DNA of 64,000 nt from Alphaproteobacteria bacterium (GTDB lineage: Bacteria; Pseudomonadota; Alphaproteobacteria; UBA828): positions 672,001 to 736,000 of the forward strand of contig CAXXMU010000002.1 of NCBI GenBank assembly GCA_963667785.2, in the 5' to 3' direction. The notes under the pieces were generated by a model. That model saw nothing but the letters and a program-made list of their open reading frames with translations, had not been told where the DNA came from and ran no database searches. Position numbers and translations under genes: made by a program. Positions 47,792 to 57,673 of this stretch are shown piece after piece. How positions within the stretch are numbered: the first letter of the stretch is position 1; each line of letters begins with the position of its first letter.

Positions 47792-50761
47792 TCACTCTCC
47801 GCCGAGCGCCGCCGCCGGGCCTGCGATCAGGCGATGATAGACGGCGCGGACGCGATCCTGAACGGCGACGATCCTCTCCTCCAGGGCGGCGAAGCTATCT
47901 GCGCCCGTCGCCCGCGCCAGGGTCTCGCGGACGCCGGGCGTGAAGCGCTCGACGTCGCGGTTGGTGCCGACGGTGAGCCTGAGCAGACCCTGGAGCCGCT
48001 GGAGGAAGGCGACCATGTCGGCGAGGTCGAACGCCTCCTCGTTGTCCAGGATGCCGGCCTCTCCCAGCCGGCGGAACATCGACTGCGTCGACTGAACCAG
48101 GATCGAGGGGTGCCGGGTGGCGTGGAGCAGCAGGTGGTATTGGGCGATGAACTCGAGGTCGAGCAGGCCGCCCCGCACATGCTTGAGGCGCCACCGGTTC
48201 CCGGTCTCGCGCTCGCCGGCCACCCGCTCGCGCATCGAGGCCACGTCGGCGAGCAGCCTCTCCGGCTCGCGGCGGGCGCAGAGGACCGCCCTGATCCCCT
48301 CCATCGCCGCAGCCGAGAGGGCATCGTCGCCCGCCACCGGCCTGGCCCGGGTGAGCGCCATGTGCTCCCAGGTCCAGGCGTCCTGCTCGTGGTAGCGGCG
48401 GAAGGCGGCGGCCTCGGTGGCGAGCGGCCCCGATTCGCCTGACGGGCGGAGCCGCGTGTCGATCTCGTAGAGCCGCCCCTCCGCGGTGAGCGCGCTGACG
48501 GCGTGCGAGAGGCGCTGGCTAAAGCGGGCGTAGTAGTGGCTGGGCGCGAGCGCCTGTGCTCCGTCCGAGTGCGTGTCGCCCCCGTCCGGTGCGCCATAGA
48601 GGAAGACGACGTCGAGGTCGCTGTCGAAGGTCAGCTCGCGGCTGCCGAGCTTGCCCATGCCGAGCACGGCGAAGGCGGCGCCCGGCACCGAGCCGTGCCG
48701 CCGGGCGAACTCCTCCTGCACCCGGGGGAGCAACGCCCCGATGACAGTATCGGCGATATCCGAGAGCGCCCCCGACAGCTTGTCCACGGGCACGTCGCCT
48801 CGCAGGATCTGCATGCCGACCTGGAACTCACGCTGGTGCTGCCAGCGCCTCACGCCGTCGAGCATGTGCGGAAACTCGGCCACGGTCGCGAGCGTGCGCT
48901 CGAGATCGTCGTTCAGCTCATCCCGCTCCGGCAGCCGCTGGTGGAGGTCGCCGCTGATGAGTCCTTCGAGCAGGGACGGGTTGCGGCTGAGATGCAGGGC
49001 GATGCGCGGCGCGCTGCCCAGGATCTCGGCAAGGGTGGCGAGCAGGCCAGGATTGTTGTGGAGCAGCAGGAAGGGCTGTACGCCGGACGGCAGCCTGCCG
49101 AGAAACTCGTCGAGCTTGCGGAAGGCGGAGTCCGGATCGGCCGTGTTGGCCAGCGCACGCAGGAGAGCCGGCATCAGCTCGGTCAGAAGCTCGCGCGCGC
49201 GGGTGCTGCGGGTCGCCCGGATGCGGCCGTGGTGCCAGTGGCGTATCGTCGAGGAGACGGCCGGCGCATCGGCGAAGCCCATCCGCGTGAGGCTCGCGAG
49301 GGTGTCGGGATCGTCGTCGGTGCCGGTGAACACCAGGTTGCCGTCCTCGCCGCCGAGCGCCGGCTCGTCCTCGAAGAGCGCGGCATAGTGCCGCTCGACG
49401 GCGTGCACGCGGGCGAGCAATGCGTCCGCAAGGGCGTCCTCGTCGGCAAAGCCGGCGAAGCGGGCGAGTGCGGCGCGGCCCTCGGCATCGTCCGGCACCC
49501 GCCAGACCGGCTCGCCCCCGATCAGCTGCAGGCGCTGCTCAAGCCGGCGGTGAAAGCGGTACGAGGCGATCAGCTCGTCTGCCGTCTCCCGGCTCGCATG
49601 GCTGGCGGCGGCGAGCGCGTCCAGCGCGTCGCAGGTCGCGTGCGCGCGGAGCGCCGGATCACGGCCGCCCCAGATGAGCTGCTGCGTCTGGGCATAGAGC
49701 TCGATCTGGCGAATGCCGCCCCGGCCGAGCTCCATGTCGTGGCCGGCGATATCGGCCAGGCGGCGACCGGGCTCCGCGTTGATCTGGCGCTTGATCGACT
49801 GGATATCCTGAATGGCGGCGAAATCCAGGTACTTGCGCCAGATGAAGGGACGCAGACGCTCGATCATGGCGGCGCCGACGGCCGGATCGCCGGCGACCGG
49901 GCGCGCCTTGATCATCGCGGCTCGTTCCCAATTCTGCCCGTGGCTCTCGTAGTACTGCTCGGCCGCCAGGGTGGAGAGCGCGAGCGGCGTGCCGCCGATG
50001 TCGGGCCTGAGCCTGAGGTCGGTCCGGTAGATGCTGCCTTCGTCGGTGCGTTCTTCCAGAATGGCGGTGAGATCGCGAACCAGGCGGTGCAGGATCTCCG
50101 TCGGCTCGCCGCGCCCGCCGCTCTGCACCCGCTCCGGGTCGAACAGCACGACGAGGTCGAGCTCGCTCGCATAGGTGAGCTCGCCCGCTCCCAGCCTGCC
50201 GACGCCGAGAACCGTCAGCCCGCTGGTCGCTGCCGGCTCGTCCCGGTCCGCCGGCGCGAGCGCACCGCGCGCCATGGCCACGTGGAGCAGATGGTTGAGC
50301 GTGCCGGCTAGCACGGCCTCGGCTGTGCGGGTCAGCGCCGCCGATACCGTCTCCAGCGGCCAGGCGCCGGCGAGATCGGCGAGCGCGATGACGAGCGACG
50401 CCCGCCGCTTGGCCGTCCGCAGCCGGATGGCGACGGCGCGACGGTCATCGCTCAGGCAGGCATGGCCGGCGATCTCGTCGAGCGCGCCGCCGAGCGCTGC
50501 CTCGGGCCCGTTTTCCGCCATGGTGCGAAGCTGGCCTGGCTCGCGGGCGAGCGCCCGGCCGAGCGCGGGACTTGAGCCCAACACGCCGTCGAGGAAGGCG
50601 CCGGTGCGCCGCTCGCCGACAAGGGCGCTGGCGAACGCTTCGTCGCTGTCGCCGAGCGCGGCGGCGGCCTGCAGCCATGCCTCCCGACCCGCTTGGGCGC
50701 GCTCGGCCGGGGCCGGGACGGGATGCTCCGCATCGTCTCTGAGGAAGGGCAAGAGGGACAC
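47792..50761 (-). CDS. glnE: Glutamine synthetase adenylyltransferase/adenylyl-removing enzyme
   Basis: Two nucleotidyltransferase halves: DLRLRP..GQNWERAAMIKAR and GMGKLGSREL..SDLD..EIDTRLRPSG..WEHMAL. Confidence 0.93.
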   Translation of the reverse strand: MSLLPFLRDDAEHPVPAPAERAQAGREAWLQAAAALGDSDEAFASALVGERRTGAFLDGVLGSSPALGRALAREPGQLRTMAENGPEAALGGALDEIAGHACLSDDRRAVAIRLRTAKRRASLVIALADLAGAWPLETVSAALTRTAEAVLAGTLNHLLHVAMARGALAPADRDEPAATSGLTVLGVGRLGAGELTYASELDLVVLFDPERVQSGGRGEPTEILHRLVRDLTAILEERTDEGSIYRTDLRLRPDIGGTPLALSTLAAEQYYESHGQNWERAAMIKARPVAGDPAVGAAMIERLRPFIWRKYLDFAAIQDIQSIKRQINAEPGRRLADIAGHDMELGRGGIRQIELYAQTQQLIWGGRDPALRAHATCDALDALAAASHASRETADELIASYRFHRRLEQRLQLIGGEPVWRVPDDAEGRAALARFAGFADEDALADALLARVHAVERHYAALFEDEPALGGEDGNLVFTGTDDDPDTLASLTRMGFADAPAVSSTIRHWHHGRIRATRSTRARELLTELMPALLRALANTADPDSAFRKLDEFLGRLPSGVQPFLLLHNNPGLLATLAEILGSAPRIALHLSRNPSLLEGLISGDLHQRLPERDELNDDLERTLATVAEFPHMLDGVRRWQHQREFQVGMQILRGDVPVDKLSGALSDIADTVIGALLPRVQEEFARRHGSVPGAAFAVLGMGKLGSRELTFDSDLDVVFLYGAPDGGDTHSDGAQALAPSHYYARFSQRLSHAVSALTAEGRLYEIDTRLRPSGESGPLATEAAAFRRYHEQDAWTWEHMALTRARPVAGDDALSAAAMEGIRAVLCARREPERLLADVASMRERVAGERETGNRWRLKHVRGGLLDLEFIAQYHLLLHATRHPSILVQSTQSMFRRLGEAGILDNEEAFDLADMVAFLQRLQGLLRLTVGTNRDVERFTPGVRETLARATGADSFAALEERIVAVQDRVRAVYHRLIAGPAAALGGE

Positions 50762-50852
50762 CGCGCACCGATTGTATTACAAGGATCGGCGGCGGGAACA
50801 GGCAAAGGGGGCGCAGGGGCGCGGCAGCAGCGGCCGTCTCCGGACCACCGAG

Positions 50853-53800
50853 ATGAGATCGACGGCCCGCGTCGCTCTCCACGTATTCGGCGCGCTGTTC
50901 GGCGCACTGGCCGTCGTCTTCGGCCTGGGCGCCTGGCGCCTGACCGAGGGGCCGCTCTCGCTCGGCTTCCTCTCTCCCTACGTGGAGGAGGCCCTGCATG
51001 GCGAGGACCTCTCCTACCGCTTCGAATTCGAGGACACTCTCCTGGTCTGGGCCGGCTGGGGCCATCCGCTCGAAATCCAGCTGACCGATCTGCGCATCGC
51101 GGATACCGAGGGCGAAACCCTGGCACAGGTGCCGGCGGCGGCGATCGGACTGAGCGGCGCGGCGCTTCTGCGAGGCGTCGTCGCGCCGACCTCGATCGAG
51201 CTTCGGGAGCCGCGCCTCGGCCTGGTTCGCAGCCTCGACGGCCAGCTTCACCTCGCCGGCAGCGGAGACGGCCGCGTGGAGGCGGGCGCTGCCGACGCCG
51301 GCGCCACCGACTCCAGCGACGCCGCCGACGATCTGGTGGCCGACCTGCTCGACCCGCCCCGCGAGGACCACCCGATGGCACGGCTCCGGCGCGTCGCCCT
51401 CAGCGACGCCGCCGTGGACCTCCACGACGAGGCGTCCGGTCTCACCTGGACGTCTCCCACTACCGACCTCACCCTCGATCTGGACGGGGCCTCGATCGTC
51501 GGCCACCTCTCCGCGGACCTGCACGTGCAGGACGCCGAAGCGCATCTGGAGGTGCAGCTTTTCCACCATCGGGAGACCGGGATGGGCAGCGCCGCGGTCA
51601 CGTTCGCGGGGCTCGAACCGATGCAGCTCGCCGCCATCGCACCCGAGTTCGGGGACTTGGGCGGGTGGAGGCTCCCGCTTTCTGGCACCGTGACCGTCGA
51701 TGTGGCGCCGGGGAGCGCCTTCGGCGGCGCCGTCTTCGACATCACGGGCGGGCCCGGCGAGGTCGCTCTGCCGGCGGTCTTTCCCGCGCCGGTGCCGGTA
51801 CGCAGGCTCGCCGCCTCAGGCTCCGTCGACGACACGCTCACGCGGCTGGTCCTCGATTCGTTCACCGTCGGCACGGACCGCCCGAGCGTCTCCCTCGAGG
51901 GAGAGATCTGGGAGGCGGACGCGGGCATCGGCGTGCGCGGAAGTGTCCGGGTGCGCGACATGCCGTTCGACTCGCTCGGCGACTATTGGCCAGAGGACAT
52001 CCTCGAGGAGGACCGCACCTGGATCGTCGACAGCATCAAGGGCGGCACGATCACCGCCTTCGACGCGACGCTCGATATCGCGCCCGGCGCGCTGGAGGAG
52101 GGCGGGGCCGGCGCCGCCTCGGCGGCCGGCACGCTCGCGTTCGAGAATGCGGGCATCCGCTACGCGGGTGCGGCGCCGGCAGCCGAGGGAGGCGACAGCA
52201 TTCAGCTCCCGCTCACCGGCACCGTGACCTTCGATCTGGCGCCGGAGAAGGGCGCCGGCGGCGCCTTCTTCGACATCACGGGCGGGCCCGGCGAGGTCGT
52301 CCTGCCGGCGGTCTTTCCCGCGCCCGTGCCGATACGCACGCTCGCCATCTCGGGCTCCGTCGACGAGACGCTCTCGCGGCTGGTCCTCGATTCCCTCACC
52401 GTCGACACCGACCGCCCGAGTGTCTCCCTCGAGGGAGAGATCTGGGAGGCGGACGCTGGTATCGGCGTGCGCGGAGACTTCCGGATGCGGGACATGCCGT
52501 TCGAATCGCTCGGCGACTACTGGCCCGAGGACTTCCTGGAGGAGGGGCGCGAGTGGATCGTCGACAACGTCAGGGGCGGCACGATCACCGGCTTCGACGC
52601 GGCGCTCGAAATAGCACCCGGCGCGCTGGAGGAGGGCGCGGCCGGCGGCGCGTCTGGGTCCGGCACGCTCGCGTTCGAGAACGCCGGCATCCGGTACGCG
52701 CGCGCGTCGCCGGCAGCCGAGGGGAGCGACAGCATCCGGCTCCCGCTCTCCGGCACCGTGACCTTCGACCTGGCGCCGGAGAGCGCCCCCGGTGGCGCCT
52801 TCTTCGACGTCACAGGCGGGCCCGGCGAGATCATCCTGCCGGATGTATTCAGCGCGCCGGTGCCGATACGCCGGCTCGCCGCCCGGGGCTCGGTCGACGA
52901 CACGCTCACGCGGCTCGAGTTCGACTCGCTCACCGTCGAATCCGACCGCCCGAGCTTCTCCCTCGACGGGGAGATCTGGCAGGCCGACGCAGGCATCGGG
53001 GTGCGCGGCAATTTCCGCATGCGCGACGTGCCGTTCGAGTCTCTCGGAACCTACTGGCCGACGGCGCTTCTCGGTCCGGGCCGCAACTGGATCGTCAATA
53101 ACGTCGAGGACGGCGTGATCAGCCAATTCGACGCCGCGCTCGATCTTCCGCCCGGCGCGCTGGAGGAGGGTCGATTCGGTGCCGATGCGGCGGCCGGCAC
53201 GCTCGCGTTCGAGAATGCGAGCGTACACTACCTGCGCCCGCTGCCGGCGGTGGAGGGGGTCGACGGCACCGGGCGCTTCACCGGCGATTCGCTCGCGCTC
53301 GAGATGAGCGGCGGGCGCATCGGGGGCGTCACGGGCTCCCGCGGCAGCGCCCTCCTGAGCGACTTCTATTCGGCGGAGCCCCGGCTCTCCACGATGATCG
53401 AGGCCGAAGGACCAGTGGACGAGGCCCTGGCGCTGCTCGACCATCCCCGACTCGCGCTGGTGACGAAGACGGGCCTGCAGCCGAGCGGGGCCGGCGGCCG
53501 GGTGCAGACGCTCTTCACGGTCTCTCTGCCGCTGATCGGTTCGCTGACGGCCGAGCAGGTCGACGTGAGCGCGGTGGCGCGGCTGCAAGATGCCCGGCTG
53601 GACGGCATCGCCGGCCTCGTCGACCTGACGGCGGGGGCGCTGAGCCTCGGCGTCGACAACAGGAGCATGGACGTGCGCGGCACGGCCCGCCTTCAGGGCA
53701 TGCCGGCGACGATCTCCTGGCAGGAGGGGATCGGCGACGATGCTCCGCTCGCGCGGCGCTTCGACGTATCCACGACGGTGACGCGGGAAGGGCAGGCCGC

Positions 53801-55034
53801 GCTGGGGCTCGATCTCGCGCCTCATGTGCAGGGGAGCCTGGCGGTCGAGGCGCAGTACGACGATCCGGGCGGCGACGAGGTGCCGCGGGCGGAGCTCCGC
53901 TTCGACGCGACGGAGGCGCAGTTCTTGATTCCGGATCTGTACTGGTCCAAGCCCGCCGGCGAGCCCGGGAGCGTGCACGTCCTCGCCGCTTTTTCCCCCG
54001 ACGGCTCGGTGGAGCTCACCCGGGTCGAGGTGGACACGGAGACGCTCAGCGCCGTCGGCCGGGCGACGCTCGCACCCGGACTAGGCACGGTGCGCGACAT
54101 CACCATCGAGAGCCTGCGCAACGGGACGAACGACATCGCCGGCCGAATCGAGATCGACGACGGGATCGCGCGGGTCTCGATTCGAGGGTCCAGCTTCGAC
54201 GCGCGGCCCTATCTCGACAGTCTGATGGACGAGAGCGAGTCCCGATCCGGCGCGCTTACCCTCGATCTCGATATCGAGCGGCTCGTGGTCGACGACGACG
54301 GGCAGCTAACCAATGTCCGCGCCCGTTTCGAATCGGATTCCGGGGGCCGCCACGCCGGCTTCATGGAGGGAACGCTCGCGACCGGCGTGCCCATGCACTT
54401 CTCGGTGGAACCGCACGAGAACAAGCGCAGAGTGACCGTCCGCTCCAGCGACGCCGGCGCGGTGGCCCACGCCTTCGACATCTACGACAATGCCGTCGGC
54501 GGCGAGCTTCTGCTTGAGGCGGTGCTGCACGATGACCGGCCGGGCGTGCCCATTACCGGCACGGTCAGGATAGACGACTACCGCGTGATCAACGCGCCGA
54601 CCCTCGCGCAGCTCCTCTCCATCGCCACGCTGTTCGGCCTGGTGGACATCCTGCGGGGCGATGGCATCGCGTTCTCGGAACTGGAGATGCCCTTCTCGAT
54701 CGAAGACGACGTCCTGACCATCCGGGAGGCTCGAACGTCCGGCTTCGTCGTCGGCGTCAATGCGGAAGGAACCGTCGATCTCGAAACGGAGCGGGTGAAC
54801 ATGCGGGGCACGATCGTTCCGGCCCATACGCTCAACACCCTCGTCGAGGTCGTTCCCGTGATCGGCGAGCTGCTGACCGGCGGGAAGGGCGAGGGGCTGT
54901 TCGCGGCCGCCTACCAGGTCAGCGGCACGACCGAGGAGCCGGAAATCCAGGTGAACCCGCTCACCGTGCTCACGCCAGGCTTCCTCCGCAACCTGTTCTC
55001 GTTTCTGGGCGGGAGAAGCGACGAGGAAGAGTAA
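50853..55034 (+). CDS. AsmA/YhdP-like (DUF3971) intermembrane lipid-transfer protein with internal triplication
   Basis: N-terminal TM segment then WRL.EGPLSL.FL.PY; C-terminal G..F..L..PF, GT.VP..TLN, P.IG.LL.G..EGLFA..Y..P...VNPL..L.PGFLR. Confidence 0.85.
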   Translation: MRSTARVALHVFGALFGALAVVFGLGAWRLTEGPLSLGFLSPYVEEALHGEDLSYRFEFEDTLLVWAGWGHPLEIQLTDLRIADTEGETLAQVPAAAIGLSGAALLRGVVAPTSIELREPRLGLVRSLDGQLHLAGSGDGRVEAGAADAGATDSSDAADDLVADLLDPPREDHPMARLRRVALSDAAVDLHDEASGLTWTSPTTDLTLDLDGASIVGHLSADLHVQDAEAHLEVQLFHHRETGMGSAAVTFAGLEPMQLAAIAPEFGDLGGWRLPLSGTVTVDVAPGSAFGGAVFDITGGPGEVALPAVFPAPVPVRRLAASGSVDDTLTRLVLDSFTVGTDRPSVSLEGEIWEADAGIGVRGSVRVRDMPFDSLGDYWPEDILEEDRTWIVDSIKGGTITAFDATLDIAPGALEEGGAGAASAAGTLAFENAGIRYAGAAPAAEGGDSIQLPLTGTVTFDLAPEKGAGGAFFDITGGPGEVVLPAVFPAPVPIRTLAISGSVDETLSRLVLDSLTVDTDRPSVSLEGEIWEADAGIGVRGDFRMRDMPFESLGDYWPEDFLEEGREWIVDNVRGGTITGFDAALEIAPGALEEGAAGGASGSGTLAFENAGIRYARASPAAEGSDSIRLPLSGTVTFDLAPESAPGGAFFDVTGGPGEIILPDVFSAPVPIRRLAARGSVDDTLTRLEFDSLTVESDRPSFSLDGEIWQADAGIGVRGNFRMRDVPFESLGTYWPTALLGPGRNWIVNNVEDGVISQFDAALDLPPGALEEGRFGADAAAGTLAFENASVHYLRPLPAVEGVDGTGRFTGDSLALEMSGGRIGGVTGSRGSALLSDFYSAEPRLSTMIEAEGPVDEALALLDHPRLALVTKTGLQPSGAGGRVQTLFTVSLPLIGSLTAEQVDVSAVARLQDARLDGIAGLVDLTAGALSLGVDNRSMDVRGTARLQGMPATISWQEGIGDDAPLARRFDVSTTVTREGQAALGLDLAPHVQGSLAVEAQYDDPGGDEVPRAELRFDATEAQFLIPDLYWSKPAGEPGSVHVLAAFSPDGSVELTRVEVDTETLSAVGRATLAPGLGTVRDITIESLRNGTNDIAGRIEIDDGIARVSIRGSSFDARPYLDSLMDESESRSGALTLDLDIERLVVDDDGQLTNVRARFESDSGGRHAGFMEGTLATGVPMHFSVEPHENKRRVTVRSSDAGAVAHAFDIYDNAVGGELLLEAVLHDDRPGVPITGTVRIDDYRVINAPTLAQLLSIATLFGLVDILRGDGIAFSELEMPFSIEDDVLTIREARTSGFVVGVNAEGTVDLETERVNMRGTIVPAHTLNTLVEVVPVIGELLTGGKGEGLFAAAYQVSGTTEEPEIQVNPLTVLTPGFLRNLFSFLGGRSDEEE
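51672..53220 (+). repeat. Three tandem 534-bp (178-aa) in-frame repeats
   Basis: Units begin CTCCCGCT (LPL[ST]GTVT) at 51672, 52206 and 52740; each ends ..GTLAFENA. Confidence 0.92.
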
Positions 55035-55061
55035 GCCGGCGAACGCCGCCGTCGTGCGCGT

Positions 55062-55727
55062 CTAGCCTGCCCGTGGCGGGGAGGGCGCGGCCTCACCCCC
55101 GACATTGCCGGAGGCCGCAAGCTCGAAGACCCGCTCGAAGATGTCCGGCTCCTGCGCGCCGGTCACCGCGTAGCGCCCCTCGAAGATGAAGCAGGGCACG
55201 CCCGAAATGCCCGTGCGGCTGGCAGCCTCGCTCTCCTGCCGGACCTCGTCGATGCCCCCGCTTCCCGCCAGGAAGCGGCGCACCTCGTCTTCGTCGAGGC
55301 CGCCGTCCGCGCCGGCTCGTGCGAGAACGGCGCCGTCGCCGATGTCCTCGGCCTGCTCGAAATAGCGGCGGAACAGGGCCTCGACCACCTCGTCCTGCAC
55401 CCCGCGCTCGCCTGCGAAGGCGATCAGGCGGTGCGAATCCACCGTGTTGGGGGTGCGCGCGATGCGGTCGAAGGCGAAGCGGATGCCTTCCGCCTCGCCG
55501 GCCTGCTCGATCATGCCGAAAATCTCGGCGACGCGCTCCTCGGAGCCGAACTTCGCCACCATGTAGCGCTGCCGGTCGACGCCTTCGGCGGGCATGTCCG
55601 GGTTGAGCTGGAACGGGCGCCACTCGACCGCGAGATCGGCCGGACGGCCGGCGTGGGCACGCTCGAACCGGCGCTTGCCGATGTAGCACCAGGGACAAAT
55701 CGTGTCGGAGACGATGGCAACCTGCAT
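55062..55727 (-). CDS. DsbA-family (FrnE-like) oxidoreductase
   Basis: SDTICPWCYIG, WRPFQLNP, PNT.DSHRL, GVP.F, GAQ. Confidence 0.9.
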   Translation of the reverse strand: MQVAIVSDTICPWCYIGKRRFERAHAGRPADLAVEWRPFQLNPDMPAEGVDRQRYMVAKFGSEERVAEIFGMIEQAGEAEGIRFAFDRIARTPNTVDSHRLIAFAGERGVQDEVVEALFRRYFEQAEDIGDGAVLARAGADGGLDEDEVRRFLAGSGGIDEVRQESEAASRTGISGVPCFIFEGRYAVTGAQEPDIFERVFELAASGNVGGEAAPSPPRAG

Positions 55728-55857
55728 CGGCGGAGTATAGCCGCCCGCCCGGGGCGGCGCGAGCGCACGCCCCGCCTGCCGCGAGGGCGCCCGATCTTGA
55801 CGCTGCGCCCGCCCACCGCCGACCATGGGCGCATCGGCGGCGAAGGAGAGCGGAGGC

Positions 55858-57552
55858 GTGTCGGACAAGAACCGCTACGAGCGCGGGCTCGAACGGGTAT
55901 CGGCCAACCATGCGGCGCTCACGCCCTGCGACTTCATGGCGCGGGCGGCCGCGATCTACCCGGCGCGGACGGCCGTGGTGCACGGCGCGCTGCGGCGGAG
56001 CTATGGCGAGACCTATGCGCGCTGCCGGCGGCTGGCAGGCGCGCTCGCCGGGCGCGGCATCGGCATCGGCGATACGGTCTCCATCATCGCGCCGAACGTG
56101 CCGGCGATGCTGGAGGCCCATTTCGGCGTGCCCATGGCCGGTGCGGTGCTGAACGCGCTCAACACCCGCCTCGATCCCGCTTCCATCGCAGGCATGCTCG
56201 CGCATGCGCGCTCCCGCGTGCTGATCGCCGATTCCGCCCTTGCCGGCGTGGTGGAGGAGGCGCTGGCAGGGCTCGACCACCGCCCGCACGTGGTGGCGAT
56301 CGAGGACGACGATGCGGAGGGTGGCGGGACGGGAACGGGGAGCGGCTTCGCCGACGAGGACTACGAGGCGCTGCTCGCCACCGGCGCGCCGGACTTCGAC
56401 TGGCCCTGGCCCGAAGACGAGTGGCAGGCGATCTCGCTCAACTACACGTCTGGCACCACGGGCCGGCCGAAGGGCGTGGTCTATCACCACCGCGGCGCCT
56501 ACCTGAACGCGCTCAGCAATGTGCTGATGAACGGGATGACCCGGGACGCGGTCTATCTCTGGACGCTGCCGATGTTCCACTGCAACGGCTGGACCCATAT
56601 CTGGGCCGTGACCGCGGCGGCGGGCACGCACGTCTGCCTGCGCCGGCCGGAGCCGGCGGAGGTGTTCCGGCTGATCGCCGAGGAGGGGGTGACCCACATG
56701 GCCGGCGCACCGGTCGTGCTCGGCATGCTGATCAACGCGCCGGAGAGCGAGAAGCGCCGCTTCGACCATGTGGTGGAGGTCGCCACCGGGGGCGCGGCCC
56801 CGCCGGCGCCGGTGATCGCGGCCATGGAGGCGATGGGCTTCAACGTCACCCATCTCTACGGGCTCACCGAGGTCTACGGGCCGGCGCTCGTGGCGGCGCC
56901 GCAGGAGGGCTGGCCGGCGCTGCCGCTGGAAAAGCGCGCGGCGCTGATGGCGCGCCAGGGCGTGCGGCATCACGCAATCCGGGGCGCCATGGTGGCGGAC
57001 CCGGAGACGCTCGCGCCGGTGCCGGCCGACGGCACCACCACCGGCGAGATCATGCTGCGCGGCAACACGGTGATGAAGGGCTATCTCGAGGATGCCGACG
57101 CCACCGCCGAGGCCTTCCGCGGCGGCTGGTTCCACAGCGGCGACCTCGCCGTGACCCATCCCGACGGCTACATCCAGATCACCGACCGCGCCAAGGACAT
57201 CATCATCTCCGGCGGCGAGAACATCTCCAGCATCGAGGTGGAGAACGCGCTCTATGGTCACGAGGCCGTGCTCGAGGCGGCGGTGGTCGCGCGGCCGGAC
57301 GAGAGGTGGGGCGAGACGCCGTGCGCCTTCGTCGCTCTGAAGCCCGGCGCCGGGGCGACCACGGAGGAAGCGCTGGTCGAGCATTGCCGGACGCGCCTCG
57401 CCCGCTTCAAGGTGCCGCGCACGTTCGTCTTCGGCGGGCTGCCGAAGACGGCGACGGGCAAGATCATGAAGTACGAGCTGCGGGAGCGTGCTCGCGCGCT
57501 TTCCGAAGACGCGGACGAAGGGAACGAGAGGGAAGCACGAAAGGCGGGCTGA
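55858..57552 (+). CDS. AMP-dependent acyl-CoA synthetase (medium-chain/DmdB-like group)
   Basis: YTSGTTGRPKG, PMFHCNGW, YGLTE, GD, DRAKDIIISGGENISS, PKTATGKI; GTG start after GGAGG. Confidence 0.9.
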   Translation: MSDKNRYERGLERVSANHAALTPCDFMARAAAIYPARTAVVHGALRRSYGETYARCRRLAGALAGRGIGIGDTVSIIAPNVPAMLEAHFGVPMAGAVLNALNTRLDPASIAGMLAHARSRVLIADSALAGVVEEALAGLDHRPHVVAIEDDDAEGGGTGTGSGFADEDYEALLATGAPDFDWPWPEDEWQAISLNYTSGTTGRPKGVVYHHRGAYLNALSNVLMNGMTRDAVYLWTLPMFHCNGWTHIWAVTAAAGTHVCLRRPEPAEVFRLIAEEGVTHMAGAPVVLGMLINAPESEKRRFDHVVEVATGGAAPPAPVIAAMEAMGFNVTHLYGLTEVYGPALVAAPQEGWPALPLEKRAALMARQGVRHHAIRGAMVADPETLAPVPADGTTTGEIMLRGNTVMKGYLEDADATAEAFRGGWFHSGDLAVTHPDGYIQITDRAKDIIISGGENISSIEVENALYGHEAVLEAAVVARPDERWGETPCAFVALKPGAGATTEEALVEHCRTRLARFKVPRTFVFGGLPKTATGKIMKYELRERARALSEDADEGNEREARKAG

Positions 57553-57572
57553 GCGGCCGTTGCGGGCCGCTC
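57551..57572. terminator. Hairpin at the acyl-CoA synthetase stop
   Basis: GAGCGGCC-GTTGCG-GGCCGCTC followed by a pyrimidine-rich tract. Confidence 0.45.
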
Positions 57573-57673
57573 TCTTCCGCCTTGTCTTTATTTCATATCA
57601 ATAAAATACCCGCCTTTTCGCGTAATCCATCTGAAGATCTTCGGTGGTTATCGGGCGCCCCGCCGCCGGCCGG

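Noticed and set aside
50175-50852. N-terminal 226-aa extension of the AsmA/YhdP ORF
   Set aside because: Overlaps glnE on the opposite strand; the TM-anchored family N-terminus begins at ATG 50853.
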